A stretch of 53,583 nt of DNA. Origin: Perkinsus chesapeaki ATCC PRA-425 (Eukaryota > Protista > Perkinsozoa). The stretch lies in the NCBI GenBank assembly GCA_013115145.1, contig JAAPAO010000201.1, forward strand, positions 1 through 53,583, read 5' to 3'. The position numbers and the translations under genes were made by a program. Position 1 is the first letter of the stretch, and each line of letters starts with the position of its first letter. Shown here piece by piece: positions 25,201 to 36,537 of this stretch. Below the pieces are notes generated by a model that saw only the letters and a program-made list of their open reading frames with translations, was not told the DNA's origin and searched no databases.

Positions 25201-28200
25201 ATGGGGCATCGGAGCAAGTAAGAAGGTTCCTGCATTGAGAGACTCTCGGAAGTTGTCCCTTTAGGCGGTACGTGCGGCTGATCAACGACAAGCACGTCCC
25301 ACTTGAATGGGTCTTCCGTCCCCCTACTACCAAGTTTGGTCAGCCCCTTCCGCCTTGGGAAGTCCCCTTCACCATATCACCGACTTTCGGGGTACTTGAG
25401 CCAGGTCAAAGCTCGGCGCTCCAGGTGAGAAGCTTGTCCAGGCATCATTACCGCCTGCTCCGAGGCTTAGTCGATTGTAGCTCTTGAATGGATTTGTACA
25501 CCTTTCTTCGGTGAAGCTCTCCCTTTAGCATACATTTTTCCGTGTCGAAGTTTATATTTTTTTATTTTTTTTATTTTTTCATTTGACATGAATTTTCTTT
25601 GACATATATTTCATATGTGCATTTCACTCTATTTCATCATATTTGTTTATTCTCGTTTTATTTCGTTGACATGCATTCTTTCATACGTGTATTTCTAGCT
25701 TCATGACGGCTTGATCTTCGTCTTCACTTTCGCCTCAGATTTCGTTCACACCGAACGGCGTCGCGTCATTCCACGAGAAGATAGCTTTACGCATAAAGGA
25801 CAACAAGAAGCCTACTGTGCTGTCCTTTTCCGGGACAGGCGCCGCCTTGGAGGTGGGTATCGATAGAGAAGTCGCTTCGCCAGGGATTTCAGGTGATAAT
25901 TAAACCGGCCTCGTTCTACCGGTTGGGCCCCGTCCTCCCCTACCAACAAGATCCACCATGCCGGCAAGAATTTGTGATCGAGAATCCCACAGACTATGCC
26001 GTAGAAGTCTACAGTGTGGACTTTGATAAGGCAGCCACCTGATGGTGCTGACGTTGCTGCAATCGTTTTTCCTAGGTTCACCTGGAGGAGGAGGGAATGC
26101 TGATGGCCTTTGACCGCTACGATGAGCATGGTATCGCGGAAATGCCACTGAGAGAAGTGGGGTCATCTACCTGGTCTCGACTATCTGAGCGTGTCGAGTC
26201 CCTACGGCAAGCAGCAGAGAACGCAGCTCAGGTGAGACACGGATGCGCTTCAGCAACGTTCTGCACTGCTGCCTAGGCCGCTGAGGGTGACATGGCAGAA
26301 GAGGAAGGGCGTGTCTCGCCAGATGACCATGAGTTAGATGACGACGAAGGCGAGAGCGTTCCAGAGCAGCGCGAGGAAGACTACCCCAATCGTGTTCCGT
26401 CGGATGAGAGGGTCTCAGTTATCATTCTGGGCCTCCCGAAATCCGGAAAGACCACCGTCGCTAGGGCCCTCGAGGCCGAGCATTCAAGGAAGCTCTTGAC
26501 TGTTGATGAGTGCATCGAGTGGGCGCTGAGCAATCCTAGGAGTCTTCGAGACGACTATGTAGCGCAGAAACTTGTGCGGAGAGTTCGAGATGCGACTGCC
26601 GAACGCGAGAGCGCTGAGGAGACACATAACCTTGATAAGGCAGATGTCGCAGACATCATCAGGCGGCGTGTAGATCTGTCAGATTGTAACACCGGAGTGG
26701 TTTGGGATGACGGTACAAAGGAGTCGAAGTATGTTGGCAGTGGCCTGGTTGAGTGCATTCTGGCATCGCTTGAGGAGGGCGAGAGGGTGTCGCTTATCAC
26801 TGTGAATGTTGAAGGGGAGGAGATTGACAAGAAAGAAGCGCAACTATCGACTTACTATAGTAGACTTCGAGAACTAGCGGAGAAGGAGATCGAAGACGTT
26901 ACCGAAAAGCTGACACGTTCAGAAAATGAAAAAACGGAGACGCCAGCGGAAGATGGTCACGTGGAGGATGCCACTGTTGATGTAGAGGGGCTGGCTAGGG
27001 CCGAGTGGGCGGCTGAGCTGGAGGCGAGGAAATTGGAGCTTGAGGGCCTGCTGAAGTGGTTTGACGAAGAGCAACCGAGCACGAAAGCCAGTCTATACGT
27101 GGAAGAGCTCTCTGCACTCTTGTCACATATCCGAAATGAGCCTGCGGTAGAGGATGATGTTGTCGTCCAGCCTGGTGATGCTGAAGGGGGAGCTGAAGCC
27201 GAGGAGGCACTTGCGGAGAAGGCTGAGGCTCTATTTGCTCAGGAAGACCATGCGAAACTCACGAGCATCATCGACTGGGTGGAAGTCGCTACTAGTTCGG
27301 AGCAGCCCGACCTTAAGAACGTCATTGACCAAGCTCTCGCGTCCGTATCCGCTCCTTCTGTGCCGCAGTACGGCAGGCTGCCACATCCAACAACCGTGCA
27401 GCTGATTCGCAAACCCGTTCCTCGACTACCACGGGGCACCTCAGGCATCTTCAATCTGCTCACCCCGAAAGCAGTTGACGAGGAAGGTGAAGAGCAGTTC
27501 CACGAGCAAGCAAGATGGATCATCGGCCCGCGCTCTGAGCAACGCGTCGCCGTTCAATTCTCCGCCACTAAGAGCGGTACATTCTCAGAGCAGTTCAAAT
27601 TTGAAGTGGTGTCCGGCGGGCTCTTCCCATTCCAAGCCTCTGTGGATGTGTCCGGAACTGCTGGGCTTCCACACATCAATAGTGACCCTCGAAACGTATT
27701 CATGCGACGTATCAAGAACCGGCCTCGAACTGGTTATGCAAGAAAACAGTTCATTGCATCACAGAGTATCTTCGACTTCGGACCTCTGCTTGCTGGCCGC
27801 ACAACTGAAATGAGAGACGAAGTGCTTGGAATGGATGTTGAAGCGCCACAGCGCGTGCTCAGCGAGCGCCTAATCCGCTATCATTCCGAAACGATTCGGG
27901 TGACGAACAATTCGCTGTTCCCAGCAGAAGTTCGCTGTATCATGGCCTCTGTGTTGAGCGCTGGATCTGGTCAACTCACGGACGATCCTGACAGCTTTGA
28001 TGACTTCCCGTCGATGAGCCTCAACGACTGTCCGTTTGTGGTTGAGTCGTCATCTTTCCGTCTTGAAAAAGATGAAACGAGGGATGTGCAGCTGTGGTGT
28101 TTCCCACAAACCGAGGGACACTTTCGTGACGCGCTAGCGATTATAGTCAAGGACAACCCTGAAGTGATCAAGTGGAACGTGGAGGCCCTAGGAGCAGCTC

Positions 28201-31200
28201 CGAAGGCCGACCTGGATACTGACGCCATCGATTTCGAGAGCCTCATGGTCAAGCAGCGAGACACCCGTAAAATACGCGTGCAGAACCCCTCAGCCATTCC
28301 GATAGAATGGGAACTGGTTCCTGAGGAGTCGGCAGAGGGAGAGGAGACGAGCCCGATCCCGCCGCCCGAAATGTTAATCGAGCCCCTGTCTGGAAAGCTG
28401 GCGATTGGCGAGGCTTGTGACATTGCCGTGGCCTTCTACACGGAGGAGCCTATTTCGCACGATTTCGTCATGAATCTTGTTGTGCGAGATTCTGAAGGGC
28501 TCAACGCTTTCTCTCCGGAGCCGCGCGCAATTCACTTTAAGGGGGAGGCATTCAGGGTCCAGGTCTCAGTTAACATACCTGGAACTGAAGAGGATGCTCC
28601 TTCGAACATCATAGATTTCGGTGATGTTCGTGTTGGCCAGGTGGCGGAGAAGTCCCTTGAGCTAGTCAACGATGGGGAACATGCTGTGGACTACTCCCTG
28701 GTTGTTCGCGGAAAGAGAATGCGCAAGTTACTGTCAATTGATCCGCCGCGTGGCACTCTCGAGCCCGGCCAGCGGCAGGACATCAGCGCGGTACTTGTTT
28801 GCCCGAAAGCTATGGCGATCGTCCAGAGCCCAGAGATGTTCATGAAGCTCATTGAAAGTCGCACCGGTGAAGAAGTGAGACCGGAAATGCCACCGCTGAA
28901 GATCTCTGCTAACGCGCAGTTCAATCGTGTGTCGGTTAACCCGTCAACTGACATCGACTTCGGGCCGTTGACGGTAGGCGAGACTGCAACGGAGCTCCTG
29001 AACATCACCAACGATGGAGCATTTCAAATCGCTTGGTCCCTTATTGATATGAAATCTAGGGAGGAAGAGTCAGGCGCTGCGGAAGGCACGAGCGCTTCGG
29101 AGTTGGCTGTGGGACCCTTCAAGGTGTCACCCGCCAGTGGCATGTTACCACCCGGAGAGATGGTTGAAGTGTCGGTCGCCTTCAATGCGCTCGAGGAGGA
29201 CAACTTTTCCTCCAAGCTGGGCCTCGTGGTCGAAGGTACAGAATCGGGCGAGCCCATCGCTATTCTGCTCACCGGAGAAAGCTATATACCGGGACTCGAC
29301 ACTGAGAATCTTCACTTGGTGTTTGAGGAGCAGTTCATTAGTAAAACTAGAGAGGATGCCGAGGCTACTATAGGGTCATCTGACCTTCGGGTGTACTGCG
29401 AAAATGACAAGTGCTTCACTTATGGTCCGATCGTGCAAGGCAAATCCATCACCGAGCGGTTCCGCCTTTCTAATCCAACTGGAGTGACCGTGGAGGTCGA
29501 TTGTAAACTCGAGCAGGCGGCTAAGGATCCTCCATTTACTTTGTCGCCGGAGAAGCTCAGCCTACCTCCGTTCGAGTACCGGTACGTAAGCATCACTTTC
29601 AGCCCGAAAGAACTGGGATCCTTCGACGGCAAGTTTTCGGCTGTTGTCGCCAAGGGTACGGACGCCAGCACAAACAGCCTGTCCTTCTTGGTCAAAGGAG
29701 ATGGTGTTGTACCGTCACTGAGTGTAAGGGCCCCAGCATTTGGTTCCGATGGGAGCAATTGCAGCTTTGACTTTGGTGAACTTCCGGTTGGAACTTCACG
29801 TGAAACATCCTTCGTACTGGTGAACGAGCACAGAATCGATGCCACGTACAGAATCGAGCGCAGCGGGAGCGGCCTTCGATCCTTCACCGTTGTGGGGCCA
29901 GTTAATGCCACCTTGCGTCCAGGCGAGACTCGAAAGCTCATAGTGGAGTACTCTCCAGTAGCGCCAGCCGAGGCCGATGAATTGGTACTGAAACTCATCA
30001 CTGTACATAATGATCAAGAAAGCCGCTCATTGAAGCTGAATGGCCGAGCGATAGTGCTACCGGTGCAGTGGGAGCTGCCTGATGATGGTGTAGTTGCCGA
30101 CGTACCGTCCCTTATTGGTGCCTGCCGTGCTCATAACTTCCTCAACTTGGGTGATATTCCTGTGGGTTCCAAGAAGGAGTTTTCGTTTGGACTGAAGAAC
30201 ACCTCCGAGGTTGTGCAAAAGTTCGAGATGGCCGAGGTGTCAAACCCTCAATTGAAAGCCTGTATAACTTTCCTACCGTCCGTTGGCCATGTATCGCCTG
30301 GGGAATCTAAGAAATTGAAGCTGGTGATCAAGCCCACCGAGAAGATCATACTGGACAGAGTGCCGCTTAACTTCAAGTTAGTTGGAATCGAGCTCGAACA
30401 GCAAAGCTCACCGTGGGATGGTTCTCAGAAGACGCGACAGAGTGGTATAGAAGTCCCACTCCCCGAACCACCACACTCTTTGCTTGGGGACGCGGAGTCG
30501 GAGCTTCCGCTGTTGATATCTGTTAAAGCCGATGTGATTAGCTACGAGTGCAGCCAGACAGAGCCGATCTTGTTTGCCGAAACTGTTCTCTACCATGCTA
30601 GGCAACACGGCTTCGTGCTGGAAAACACCTCCGAGGTTGCTTTTAACTATGCATGGAGAATTAACGACATTAGAGCCGGCTCCGCGGCTCACCGCGCGTT
30701 CAGCGTTACACCACGAAGTGGGATCCTCCAGGGCAAGGCAAAGCTGGATGTGGCGGTGCGCTTCAATCCGACAGAGGTTACTGACTTCTCTACGGCCCGA
30801 CTAGAGTTGATACTGCCGCAGAAAAACGAGGAAACGCCGGAAGTATGTATTGAGCTAGATGCCTCGGCGACATGCCCTGTGTGCCACTTCGAGCTTGTCA
30901 ACTGTCCAACGCTACCTGGCCGCGACGATGTCAGAATCTTGAAGTTCCAATCGCTTGGTACCGGCGTACGAAATCGCAAACGATTTTGCGTGCTGAACAC
31001 AACTAAGAACCGCTACCGCTTCTTCTGGGTTGATCATCGCCAAGCGTTGCCCGAGGTCTCTGACAATGGTGCTGCACAGGCGGAAGCGAGCGAAAGCAGT
31101 AGAGGTCCTGGTGACAGCCTGCAGCCATTTGGCTGTGTGACGCGTGACGGTGAAATAGCGAGTGGAAAGAAGTACGAAATGGAAATGCACTACACTCCGA

Positions 31201-33177
31201 TGAGCTATGGACGACACGAAAGTTTCTGGACGTTCCGTGTGCCGTCGCAAGAGCTCGTTGTACCTTTCCAACTCGTCGGGATTGTCCGAGAGCCAAGGTT
31301 GGACATTGACTCTCCTAGCGTTAATTTCGGCAAAGTATGAGTCTCTAATGGTCCACGGGGCCCTCTACCTGTGAAATTGAGTGATTGATTAGGTGCTTGT
31401 GAACTACCAGACGAGGCGGACGGTCAGCCTTATCAATCGAGAGCATCTTCCTTTCCAGTTCATGATAGATGGAGCTAGCTGGTATGACAACGCCCTTATG
31501 ATCTCGCCCATGAAGGGTAAGTCCAGAGGTTTGTTTACGAAAATATCTGGATCGTGTTCCCAGGTACGATCGGTCCCGACGGGAAGATGACGCTCGGTAT
31601 CACATTTAAACCGCTGGAAGAAAAACTATATAACTTCAATATTATCATTAATGTTAAGAGAAAGGTGGACTCACGGTATGCCACAGTTGGAGTCGACCAT
31701 CTTAGGCTGAGCCTATCATACTGAACATCAAGGGAAGCGCCTATAAGATCAAGTCGACATTATCACTGCTTGAAAGTGCCGACTCTGAGTCAGGGCTCGA
31801 ACTCTACCCGAGGGTGCCAGCGAAGCACGACTTTGGAACCTTACAAGTATACTCGTCCTTGCTGGTCTTTTCTGCATTGTTATTCCAGGTAATGGAGAAG
31901 AGATCCTTTTATCTTTCCTTGGGGAATCAGTCGAGCTTCGAACTTGAATATCTGCTGCAGCTGCGCACTACCACTCGGCATGGTCTAGTCCAAGTAAGCC
32001 TCCGCGTACACGCTCTCGCGGGCAGAGCGCGTTGGCATTGTATCCTTGGTAGGTGCCCAGTAACCCTAGAATGGGGTTGGTTCCTCCTTTCCTCAAAGTC
32101 ACCCCGATGCATGGCTCCGCTGCTGTCGATGACCCAACTGTAATTGAAGTGGAGTATTCGCCTCCCGATTCCCACACGCTACATGGGACGATGCTTAAGG
32201 TGATGCTAGCTGACGCTGCCTAAAAGTCGTGGCTCCCCTCAGCTCCTCGTTGGTGGAAACGGGCCCGGACAAAATGTGTATAATATTGACCTCGCGGGCA
32301 GTGCTAGACGGCCCGTGGTGGATTTCTCTTTCACAGAGAAAGACTTCGGGCCTACTTTCATGCTCCAGTCTGGCCAGACATCTTCAAACCCATCTGGTGG
32401 AGGTGAGCGGAGGCAGCCGGCTTTTCCCCAAGATGCTGGTCCCTTAGATGGAATCAGCTACTTCAGCGCTGTCGCAAACCTTACTATTACAAACAGAGAC
32501 ACTGCGCCCTGCTCGATCACCACCTCGAAACTAGGGGAGAGCGAAGACTTTGAAGTCAGAGCTTCCGAGGGACTGCAAATCGCTGTCGGAGAGACAGCTA
32601 ATGTTCCAATAGCGTTTGTTCCTAAAGAACTGCGTATGTATTCTGAGACGGTAGAGTTTACTCTCAACGGATGCACCAAGGTAAATGTTCGTTTGAAAGG
32701 TAAGTCAGCGCTTCGTGCTCTATCTCATGTTTGTAATCAGGTCGAGGCATTCCGTTATATCTCGAAACAGAGTTACCCGAGATGCAATTGTTAGATTTCG
32801 GGCATGTGTCCTCCGAACAGCACCAAACTGTCACCAAAGAAGTTGTATTGGTCAACAGATCGGCGGCTAGTGTGAGATTCACGTTGGCGGACATTGATGT
32901 AAGAGTAGGGCTCCAAGGATTCTGCGAGAAGATCTTATGTTAGAAGGAGCTCCGTGACAAGCAAATCAGTTGGCAACCCAATGGCATGATTGAGCTCAAG
33001 CGTCGAGAGAAGGTTACTATAAGGATGTCATTTTCTCCCGCTTCTCGGATGCGGCCGTTCATGTTGCCCCTACAAGCTCTCCTGGACGGTCCAGCCGAAG
33101 CGGGACACTTTTCCGTGCGCATTCTCAACGTTAAAGGGGCTTCCTACTCCTCTGCTTCACGAGCAGGAAAAGTCTAA
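16241..33177 (+). CDS. HYDIN: HYDIN, axonemal central-pair protein (multi-exon; C-terminus apparently missing at this locus)
   Basis: Tandem ASH/PapD-like domains with HYDIN-typical motifs: PLFEPSPP; VAPGMEVSFLIKFHP..DYCHDLEVVTEREVFAVPIRA; repeated 'IDFG/DFG.V...R.I.L.N'; the adenylate-kinase-like P-loop IILGLPKSGKT at about 26420; FDFGPLLAG; LWCFPQTEGHF. Splice phases checked at several introns are consistent. The start codon is approximate. Confidence 0.92.
25551..25697. repeat. T-rich low-complexity island inside a HYDIN intron (25425-25738)
   Basis: tttatattttttttattttttttattttttcatttgacatg... with loose TTGACAT recurrences, abruptly AT-rich against about 50% GC flanks. Confidence 0.7.
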
Positions 33178-33802
33178 CAAGGCACTCATGAGTCTTGTCG
33201 GCCATCCTAGCTAGCAGCTACTGAAGCTCCTCCATACATGTGTTCATGACTGACTATTTGTCTAGAATGGCTACACTTGGCTATTAACGTGCTATCATCT
33301 GTCGGGCTTTGCGTTCCCGAGTTGAGTACTAAGTCATAGTCCCGCTCTGAGTGCTTGATGACAAAGTGCATTCCCCCAAAAAGATTCCGCATGACACCTG
33401 GGAATACTTTGAGGTCTTACGTGGTAACCTAAACTTACCGCGATCGGCGATCACTGATCGCAGCTGAACTCTTATCACTAGCCGACCTCCTTGCCCGAAA
33501 AACTAACAATGGACTTGTTAGAACCAACCCAACTCACAGATAGCTTGTGGAAGGCTCGGGAGTTTACGTGTGATGCCTAAATTACGACACCATCAATGAA
33601 CGATAGCAAGATAAACAAATAGAATAGCGTAGGTGACGTAGAATAGCATAAAAACAGTGAGACAATTGTGATTAAAAGTTGATACATACATACCGTCATT
33701 GCGGCACGAAAATTCACAAAGTTAAGACGTAAACAAAGGTCCAGCAAAGTACTGGAGATTCTCCAGTGGAGGAAGTAAGTTCCGATGAGTTCACCTCAGC
33801 TC

Positions 33803-35420
33803 TTACTCTGAACATTCACAAGGCGTATCAGTGCCGGAGCATACACTTGGTATCTGCCAGTACTTACAGTAGGTACCAGGATGCACCGAGTTGCAGAAGT
33901 CATCACATTGAGGCTCTCCTCCACCGCCACAAGGTGTAGTTGTAGTAGTTGTTGTGGTGTCGCACGACTCAGTAGTGGAAAGAATGACAGTCGTACTGTG
34001 AGGCTTCGTGGTATGTACTGCTGTCGTGCTTACAGACGATGTGGTTGACACCTGCGATGTAGCTATGGCCGTAGTCGTCTCATCACCACATGAGCACGGC
34101 AGATTTGTTCCACTACAAACGCTGGGATACTTGTAGTACATGCAGTAGCTACCACTCTGTACCGAATCGCAGTACGCGTCACACTTCAGCTCGCTACTCG
34201 TGGTCGTACTAGTAGTTGTGGTCGTACTAGTAGTTGTGGTCGTACTAGTAGTTGTGGTCGTACTAGTAGTTGTGGTCGTACTAGTAGTTGTGGTCGTACT
34301 AGTAGTTGTGGTCGTACTAGTAGTTGTGGTCGTAGNNNNNNNNNNNNNNNNNNNNNNNNNNNNNNNNNNNNNNNNNNNNNNNNNNNNNNNNNNNNNNNNN
34401 NNNNNNNNNNNNNNNNNNNNNNNNNNNNNNNNNNCTAGTGGTCGTGGTCGTACTGGTAGTTGTGGTCGCAGCTGAACACCAGCTATCGTCCCATTCGACA
34501 AATCTATTAGCCCGACGAGTATAGTCCCAAACGATGAGATCACAAGAGTATCCTCTCAGAGCACCAGTACCGTCGTTAGTGATTTGGTTCATATCCGATC
34601 CAGCACCGCAGCCACCAACGACCAATTCTGACTTCCCAGCCGGAGAGTTCCACTTCCTTCTGTAAACGGCATCATCACCATCTCTGTAGAAGATGTAACC
34701 ATCCAAAACTTCAATACCAAATTTACCAGTGGGGTTGAATGTGTACTCATAGTTTCTGTGAGTAGAACCAACGTCCCAACTTACCACGATGTTATCTCGA
34801 CCACCAGTTTGAACGATATACAGGGTGTTGCCGAGTTTACGGATACCAGCAGGCTCGTCCAGCTTCTTAGAGCCGTTACCTTGTCCAGAAGCAACCACGT
34901 CGCTGTCCCATGAGGACGCTCTCTTGACAAAGCGATAAACCTTGTTATTCTCGGAATCACTCGCATACAAGACCTGCTCGTCATCATCGTAGTAGAGACC
35001 GGCCCAAGTATAATGACGCGAGCTTTCCTTCACCTTATCGATGCGACCAGCCCCACTCGTACTATATAGATTGATACAGTTATCCACAATAGCAAAGATA
35101 CCAGAGCCATCAGCCTTAACAGCAATAGAATCGGCTTTATCATGTAGTAGAGTAGTCCGAACTGAACCATCAGCAGTGACCTTCCACAACTGATACTCGC
35201 GCTCGTCCAAATCCTTAGCTGATATATACCAGTTGCGAGCCGCATCAAAGTCATAGTCAATCATATCAACACCACCAGCAGGGAGGAACTCGGGTCCCAT
35301 AGTAGCACGATTGTAGACCTCGAGAGCCTCGTTACTGTCACACCACGATGATGGATGGCCGAGTACACTAGTGAAGACACTCGCAAGAATTGAAAACACA
35401 GCGAGGAACGACTGAACCAT
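33803..35420 (-). CDS. Secreted NHL beta-propeller + Thr/Ser mucin stalk + two Cys-rich modules, copy 1 (spans an N gap)
   Basis: Signal peptide MVQSFLAVFSILASVFTSVLG; NHL-like blades (LYASDSENNKVYRF, GQGNGSKKLDEPAGI..LYIVQTGG, VVGGCGAGSDMNQI); (T5S)n stalk; two C-x3-C-x8-C-x8-C-x6-C-x-C modules; stop at 33803. The two track ORFs differ in frame only across the N run. Confidence 0.85.
34200..34468. repeat. 18-nt coding tandem repeat (GTGGTCGTACTAGTAGTT)n encoding the T5S mucin stalk
   Basis: At least 7 perfect units are visible before the gap and degenerate units after it; the true length is unknown. Confidence 0.95.
34336..34434. other. Assembly gap (N run)
   Basis: Run of N inside the 18-nt repeat. 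Confidence 0.99.
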
Positions 35421-35533
35421 AATACACCTTGAAAAATAAAAGCTGAAAACAGAAAGATTTGAAAATCGGACACATACTAACAAACGAATACTAAACACTG
35501 ATGATGACTGAATGAACATAGAAATACTTTGAG

Positions 35534-35589
35534 TCTAGCAGTCTAGGCTAGAGCTAATGATTTTTCAGGCATCCTGTCTCCATTGTGTC
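35534..35589. promoter_or_regulatory. Conserved upstream non-coding block of NHL copy 1
   Basis: TCTAGCA....GGCTAGAGCTAA...TGTCTCC.TTGTGTC is shared with 38288-38343 and begins 114 nt from the ATG (113 nt in copy 2). A regulatory function is inferred. Confidence 0.4.
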
Positions 35590-36537
35590 ATACAGCCACC
35601 GTGATTTCTGACTCGCTCCGAACGATTTCTAGTCTTATTTTTGTGAGAAGTGTTTGGCGAGTCTAAACCTCCTATATATGGCGTTCACAGTGACTAACTT
35701 TGAGGTGTTGCAAGTACGCTAAGCTTTGGGATAAAGCTACTGTTCATCTGCGGAGCTCGCTGTTCGTGCTCTCAAAGCTCGTTTGTTGATGAGAACTTGT
35801 TATCAAAGGAGCCTAGTAGTTCGCATGCTCACCTTGAGCTCTCCGTCAAGAGCGCTCGAAGTTCTTAGGAATGTGGTTAATGCACGTGCTTGCTGTGAAT
35901 ATCAGTGTGAAACAATAGCTTCGAGCTATCAGCGCACCAAATTTTGGACTCAGGCTCAGCACTTACTGCTACTAGTAAACTGGAGAGCTCATGCCATGAG
36001 CAGATTAATAAATTGCCACTAGCTAGCTATATTTCATATCTAATCTACAGAATCTTTACAGTACATCTTTATTATTTTGTAGAGGACAACTATGATCTGG
36101 GGATTCTATTGTACCTCAACGATACGCACCGAGTAGTGTAATAGAATTGAGTGGGCTTCCCTGCGAGACTTCAGTTTTTCGGGCGAAGCAAGTTGAACTC
36201 GAAGGCTCGGAATATAGTTACCGAATAGTTGAAGCAATTTACTCTCAAATTTAATGACTGAACTCAAGCGTGAAGAAACTGCTGAAAAACCTTTGGCAAG
36301 GAAACATCGCTCTTATGACGAACAAGCGAAACATCAAATGAGGTGAAGTACTCTTATCGAACTTCTCAGGAGACGTAGTGAGAAAAACTAGCTTAGAACA
36401 TAGAGCTCAGTTAAAATGTATCGTAGCTTGACAATATTCTCATTCAGTTTGAAACGTTCAGCAAATATGGCTTCCTGTGCAACTTCGATGATAATAAGTT
36501 ATGATTGCATCACACCGTGCCATATCTTGCTCGAGTC

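Noticed and set aside
26400-26480. P-loop GLPKSGKT as a separate kinase gene
   Set aside because: It is the known adenylate-kinase-like domain within HYDIN, in frame inside the 5 kb exon.
34317-34543. Apparent frameshift in NHL copy 1
   Set aside because: The frame change occurs only across a fixed-length N gap, so it is an assembly artefact rather than evidence of pseudogenisation.
36514-36535. Spliced-leader-like relic ACCGTGCCATATCTTGCTCGAG
   Set aside because: It needs about 4 edits to match the 22-nt leader as I recall it, is antisense to the adjacent gene and lies in its 3' flank; likely chance.
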